A stretch of 64,000 nucleotides of DNA, from positions 260,524,001 to 260,588,000 of the forward strand of contig OZ024740.1 in the NCBI GenBank assembly GCA_964016885.1, given 5' to 3'. Positions 55,271-64,000 of this stretch are shown here, piece by piece. Below the pieces are notes generated by a model. It made no database searches. It was not told the origin of the DNA and saw only the letters and a list, made by a program, of their open reading frames with translations. A program made the translations under genes and the position numbers. Source of the DNA: Eledone cirrhosa. Lineage: Eukaryota. Positions within the stretch are counted from its first letter, which is position 1. Every line of letters starts with the position of its first letter.

Positions 55271-55547
55271 TACCGAAGGTTGGTTTTTCTGCTAGTATAT
55301 ATATGATATATATATATATATAATATATATACTATATATAATATATATATATATATTTAAATCGTTTTTTAATTTATTTAGAGAATTGTTTGATAACCGC
55401 TTGCTCCGCTCTTTTTATATTGTTCTGGTATCTCAAATTAGTACCATCGAACCACCAATATTATAAACACCTTGCATATTTCTACAAGTACTTAGTGCCT
55501 GTTGAGGTATTCATCCACCTTTATATATATATTTATATATATATAAT

Positions 55548-55734
55548 TGGTGTTGGATGCTTAAAGCGTCCGTGTGCGGTAGGCCGTATTAGCACTCAAT
55601 TCCCTCGTAGAACAGAGTATGATATCACAGAAAAAAGAGAATCAGTGGACATATTACAATTGTTTCTGAGAAAAATTGTAATATGTCCGATAAATTCCTT
55701 TCGTCGCAACACTGATTCTCTTTTTTCTGTGATA
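55548..55734. repeat. Short repeat with nested hairpins; second copy inverted at 59210-59397
   Basis: atatcacagaaaaaagagaatcagtg...cactgattctcttttttctgtgatat enclosing ggacatattacaattgtttc/gaaa.aattgtaatatgtcc. Confidence 0.85.
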
Positions 55735-55759
55735 TATATATATATATATCATTATCTTT

Positions 55760-55905
55760 GACGCATAGAGTTACGGCCCTTGCCATTCTGAGTTCAAATC
55801 CTGCCGAGGTTAACTTTGCCTTTCATCCTTACGGGGTCGATAAAATAAAGTACCAGTAATGCACTGGGTAATTGCTGGCCTTGTGCCTAAAAGTAGAAAC
55901 AATTA
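55760..55905 (+). mobile_element. tRNA-derived SINE
   Basis: ctgagttcaaatcctgccgaggttaactttgcctttcatccttacggggtcgataaaataaagtaccagt. Confidence 0.8.
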
Positions 55906-56886
<981 letters not shown>

Positions 56887-57323
56887 CACAAAACTTTCCT
56901 GTATTACAGCCCCACATTATACCCTAACGGATAGTACGAACTATACGCGGATATTTTACGTCTTGATGTGGTAGCTAAGTATATGTTATGTTTATACCAT
57001 TACTTATTTGTATAGGTAAGTATATATTACCTTTATGTTTTGTGAAGGTACGTATACTTCCTCGTACGTATATTTGATTGTATGTGTTTTGGCGTATATA
57101 TTATATATTCTGGTACATATGCTTTTGGTTATGTGTATAAGTGAGTTTTGCGTCTGTGTGCGTATGCGGGTTCGTACGTATGTAGAGTGTGTGTATATGT
57201 GTACTTCGTGTTTTGGTTGACGTTGTCTCCGAACATATGTGTATTTACATGTATTATGTGTGTGCGCTTGTTATATACGTATTTATTTATTTATATACGT
57301 TTATTTAATTATATGTATACACG

Positions 57324-57388
<65 letters not shown>

Positions 57389-57703
57389 ACACGCACACAC
57401 ACACACACATATATATATATATTAATATGTATATTTTTATATATAATGTTATGTGTATTTGGTGTATACATTCGTATGCGTGCGGGTACAGGCGTTGCGT
57501 GGGTTCTGTATGTGCGTGCGGGGGTTTTTTGTTTTTTTTTTGTGTATGTGCGTGTATTTGTATACCTATGGCGAGTGTTTTCGTGTATGCTTGTGTATGT
57601 ACGTATATTGATGCATGTATGTATTTATTTATTTTCGATTACTTCTGTATTTTATTTACTTTATTCTTAACTCTGAAGCCGAGAATCATTCGGTTTCCTA
57701 GTT

Positions 57704-57980
57704 AGAATTTTAGTCTACGACTTCAGTTATACCATATACGTGGTTTTGTCTTTGCGTGCTATTGTTCTCTCCGCTCCACATATGACGTATTATCTTCGTT
57801 TTTTCCGTTCATTGCCAGACAACGTCTCTATGAACCACCTAATAGAATATTAGTCTACGACTTCTTTTATACCATAAACGTGGTTTTTTCTTTGCGTGTA
57901 ATTGTTTTTCACCGCTCCAAATAATGACGTATTATATTCGTTTTTTCCCGTTCTTTGCCAGGGAACGTTTCCACGAACCA
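57704..57980. repeat. Diverged tandem duplication, about 140-bp unit x2
   Basis: agaat.ttagtctacgacttc at 57705 and 57844. Confidence 0.85.
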
Positions 57981-58058
57981 AAGTATCGTCTTCCTGTCTT
58001 CATCCGGTTGCAACGTTTTTTGAAATATTCACTTCTGCGTTCACAGATTGACTTTGTT

Positions 58059-58109
58059 AGTTTCAGAAGATCCCGTTAAGGGTGAAAGCAGCGATTATTT
58101 GCTTAAACT
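58059..58109 (+). ncRNA. Hammerhead-like motif, U4A core (CAGAAGA)
   Basis: aguuu CAGAAGA u-ccc-guuaa-ggg-u GAAA gca-gcgauuauu-ugc UU aaacu; relatives at 31152-31196, 63634-63680 (minus), 27747 and 58277. Confidence 0.6.
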
Positions 58110-58145
58110 TTAATCTATTATTTTAATAAATATATATATATATAT

Positions 58146-58267
58146 AGGAAAAGAGTCAGGACCCCGACGGCTGAGCTCCGGCCATTTCGACAGTTAGATC
58201 CGAACAATTCGGTTCTAGCTATCGAAACGGCCGGAGCTCAGCCGTCGGGGTCCTGACTCTTTTCCTA
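58146..58267. repeat. GC-rich near-perfect 120-nt hairpin
   Basis: taggaaaagagtcaggaccccgacggctgagctccggcc...ggccggagctcagccgtcggggtcctgactcttttccta. Confidence 0.92.
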
Positions 58268-58322
58268 TTACCCACTGAAATCAGCGATTCTTTGCTTAAA
58301 CTTTAATCTGTTATTTTAATAA

Positions 58323-58854
<532 letters not shown>

Positions 58855-58897
58855 TATATTTATATATATTTATATTTATTTATATATATATATTATT

Positions 58898-59000
<103 letters not shown>

Positions 59001-59179
59001 TATATATATATAGAAACACGTGTCAATAAATTCCTTTCAACTAAACTGTATCCATTCAAATCTTTCTATTTTTCTCCGGATTACTTTTGGCACTACAACT
59101 GAAACCGTCGAGCAAACTCTACGTGAGCTGATAATCTACTGTGTGTAATATTTATATTACAACACAACGGAAAATACTG

Positions 59180-59214
<35 letters not shown>

Positions 59215-59395
59215 CACAGAAAAAAGAGAATCAGTGTTGTGACGAAAGGAATTTATTGGACATATTACAATTGTTTCTCAGAAACAATTGTAATATGTCC
59301 ACTGATTCTCTTTTTTCTGTGATATCATACTCTGTTCTACGAGGGCATTGAGTGCTAATACGGCCTACCGCACACGGACGCTTTAAGCATCCAAC

Positions 59396-59487
<92 letters not shown>

Positions 59488-59518
59488 ATATATATATTAT
59501 ATATGTATCATATATATA

Positions 59519-59938
59519 CTACCAGAAAAACCACGCTTCGGGTGGTTTTCTGCTAGCCTGTGTGTAGTGTGCATATTGATATTATACGCAAGTATATATA
59601 CATGTAGATATGATACATCACATAAAATCGTAATTGACAATATACACAGAAATTGAACGAAGACTGTAATCAGTAATGTAATCCACTGACGGAAATATAT
59701 GATTGTTTATTTAAGCTATCGCTAACCGGAAGTGTTGACATTTGAAAACGTTAAAGAAGTGAATCTTAAAATAAGCGACAAAATGATTTATATTTAATCA
59801 AGAATAACGAAATTTAGTAGATAAATTATGTAATATTCATTCGTTATTTATTCAAAGTAATCCAACTTATTTTACAAACGGGATAAAAAAATATATTCTG
59901 GACGCTGTCCCGCACTCATCCCTTTATTATAGTTTAGA
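59519..59938 (-). mobile_element. Non-autonomous Helitron-like element
   Basis: 5' a|tctaaactataataaag (shared with 42608); 3' hairpin agaaaaccac..gtggtttttct plus gtag|t (ctag|t version at 55269-55296). Confidence 0.55.
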
Positions 59939-60031
59939 TATACATAAATATATATATATGAATAGGTCACTATCTTGATGCCGCTTGTTTTGTATGGTCA
60001 AATTTGGGCCTTGAAACCTTAGGTAGTGCCT

Positions 60032-60432
60032 AAAATTTGTTTTCGTTCTAACACGGTGGATTCTTAAATGTATTCATGAGTGAAAAATAATAATATTATA
60101 ATAATATCATTAATATTCGTTCCGTTTGCAAGCAAAGAGCTTCATGACACAGTGTGTTTTTTTTCTAGACAGCTTACGTCATCCTTTTGTTCCAACGGTA
60201 GCAGAGAGAGAAAAGTCTACAATTGTTTCAGAGTTATTTCCCCTTATCAAGACTGTGTATTCCCGCTGGAACTGTTGAGAATACATATTATTCTCTATTA
60301 TTCTCTACTGTATACATCGGCTGATTAGCCTTATTTGCATACTGAGCAATTTTCCGACTGGCTGTGTCAGAAATTAAAAACAAAATTTGTTTTAGCTCTA
60401 ACATGGCGGTTACATAAATATCATTATTATTC
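60032..60432 (-). mobile_element. Older 350-nt retrozyme-like unit with diverged terminal repeat
   Basis: aaaatttgtttt...ctaaca at 60032 and 60382; shares cggctga..agcct.atttgcata with 29480-29503. Confidence 0.6.
60214..60254 (-). ncRNA. Hammerhead ribozyme, U3:A8 core variant
   Basis: aguc UUGAUAA gggg-aaauaa-cucu GAAA caauug UA gacu. Confidence 0.8.
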
Positions 60433-61080
60433 ACTCAGGAATACATTATGCTAATCTGTCGATGTATGTTAGTGTAAGCATGTGCCGCTGTATGTGGGTG
60501 GGCGTCTGGGTAAAAGTGTTCGTGTGTTGTAGAGGGCGGTGTGCGAGCGGGGGCATTAGCATATGCATGTAGTATGCGCAGGTGTGTGCGTGGTGGCGTG
60601 GGTCTAGTGCCACTTAATGTTAGTTGTAGTGGGTGGAAAGGGTTCGAGTAGTTGGGTAGCGGTGGTGGTGGCTAATAGGCGCTAGAAGTGCTCAAATGCA
60701 GATACAGGGTGCGTTGTGGTATCCATGTGCTGGCGTATGTGAGTCGGTGTGTTGTTGGAGGAGTTCGTGTGTAATTGGGGTGGTTTGCGGGTGTGTAAGT
60801 GGAGGAGTGATAGATGTGATGAAGGAGTTCGCTAGGGGACAAAGGTGTGCGTTTAATCCAGGTGGGGTAAAGGACTGGAGAGAGAAAATAAGGTACAGTT
60901 TCCTCCTGAACCATGATTCCAGTAATCCAGTCACACGACGAGGTGGTCAATGGAGTGTCGGGTGGAGCAGAAATGTCGGGCGATGTGAAACGGATAGGAA
61001 CGGAGTTAAATATTAATTTTATTAAAATAACAGGGGGACGGACTGGTGATAACCCTTTGAAGTTTTATTGTTGGAAAAAA

Positions 61081-61136
61081 CACTATTAATATTTCGATGG
61101 CCTGGTTTTGTAAGATCCTGGCCACATCATCAGGTG
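61081..61136 (-). ncRNA. Type I hammerhead (degenerate relative at 43729-43799)
   Basis: cac CUGAUGA ug-uggcc...ggcca-uc GAAA uauuaa UA gug. Confidence 0.75.
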
Positions 61137-61243
61137 CAGATTGCATAAGTAGTTAATCAATAAAGGAATTACTGCAAATACAAACAGAGAATAAAAATAT
61201 TTGATTCGGAGATGGACCGCGAATTCGGTGTTATTGTTGCAGC

Positions 61244-62324
<1,081 letters not shown>

Positions 62325-62967
62325 TATTAATAATGAGTTCAAAACTCAGGCAGTCCTTTACAATGAAATAGCTCAAAGAAAGAAGTATTTCTGAGCCGTG
62401 TAATACAAGTTAATATAAATTAATATATTTGATAAACACAAATACCAACATATCCATGTTTGTATTGTAAATGACTAAGTTAGCTAGATTGAAATATACT
62501 AGTTATAATAATACAGTTTGCCTGTCTCGATTTAAAATAATAAATCAATAAAAACAAAGCATATTGGCAAATGGCCGTGGTGCTTGGACAAATTTAAATT
62601 TCAAAATCAAACCTGTTCCGTAGACAGGTTTAAACCTTAAAATCCAAATATGTTTCGAAAAATGAAAAAGTGAAAGAATACCGCATTTTGATCTCCTCAG
62701 CAAGTATTAAATATTTTGGAGTGAAACATACCAATTTTTCTAATATGAAGTTATGTTGCACATAAACGATATCGTCCAGGAGTCGGAATTTTTACTTATA
62801 TCTCTAACAAAGCACAGTCACCGTATCTGCTGTTTATTAGAATGTGTGCACTCTAAAGAGCTAGTTGCAGTTGCATTATTGCAATTTGGCAGATTCACTG
62901 AGTGGGCTAGACGTTGGCCAGGGACTGTTGACATAGTATCATCGATCTTCGTTTTAATTATATTAAT

Positions 62968-63593
<626 letters not shown>

Positions 63594-63696
63594 ATATATA
63601 TATATATATATACTTATTAAAATAACAGATTGAAGTTTAAGCAAAGAATCGCTGCTTTCACCCTTAACGTGATTTTCTGATAATATATATATATAT

Positions 63697-63840
63697 ATAT
63701 AATATAAAAGAGAGATATTTCATGGCTGGATGGTTGGTGGGTTGGTTGGTTTAATCACACAAAAATTGCACACACGTCCATAGACACACATACATCGAGA
63801 GAGAATGGCAACGAACGCTGGTTTACACACACACTGGTTT

Positions 63841-63860
<20 letters not shown>
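63697..63860 (+). mobile_element. Helitron/DINE-like 5' end with (GGTT)n
   Basis: Matches 43410-43490 on the minus strand. Confidence 0.5.
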
Positions 63861-63873
<13 letters not shown>

Positions 63874-64000
63874 ACTTGTAGAAAACTTATAATGAAACAA
63901 TTGTTTGGAAAGAGAGATACACTTTAACTTTAATTATATCTCATATAATAATACAACTGGTTTTTCCCTATTATACATTTTGTTAGCACCCCAAACACTT

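Noticed and set aside
62640-62706. CTGAGGA...GAAA on the minus strand
   Set aside because: Stem I and UH do not form

Overview
Eukaryotic, repeat-saturated animal DNA, probably a coleoid cephalopod (inferred from SINEs I recall from Octopus genomes and the microsatellite load; not database-checked). It has two zones. In 1-25 kb, (TAA)n tracts carry nested non-LTR retrotransposons: Tx1/L1-type (APE endonuclease) copies all on the minus strand and R4/Dong-type (restriction-like endonuclease) copies on the plus strand, plus a Helitron remnant, a mariner and RTE fragments. In 25-64 kb, (TA)n/(CA)n tracts carry Penelope-like elements (PLEs) in tandem or inverted arrangements and short non-coding repeats. 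The main signal invisible to the ORF track is RNA-level. By eye I find about 29 type I hammerhead ribozyme motifs in 36 kb: 13 with a canonical core, 3 with a compensatory U3:A8 core, 6 with a recurrent U4A core and 7 damaged. Several lie in 312-820 nt non-coding units with terminal direct repeats and PLE-style inversions. These look like non-LTR retrozymes (putative circular RNAs) sitting beside the PLEs that could mobilise them. One candidate pair of host exons lies at 43.5-44.0 kb. All folds and coordinates were read manually and need computational and in vitro confirmation.
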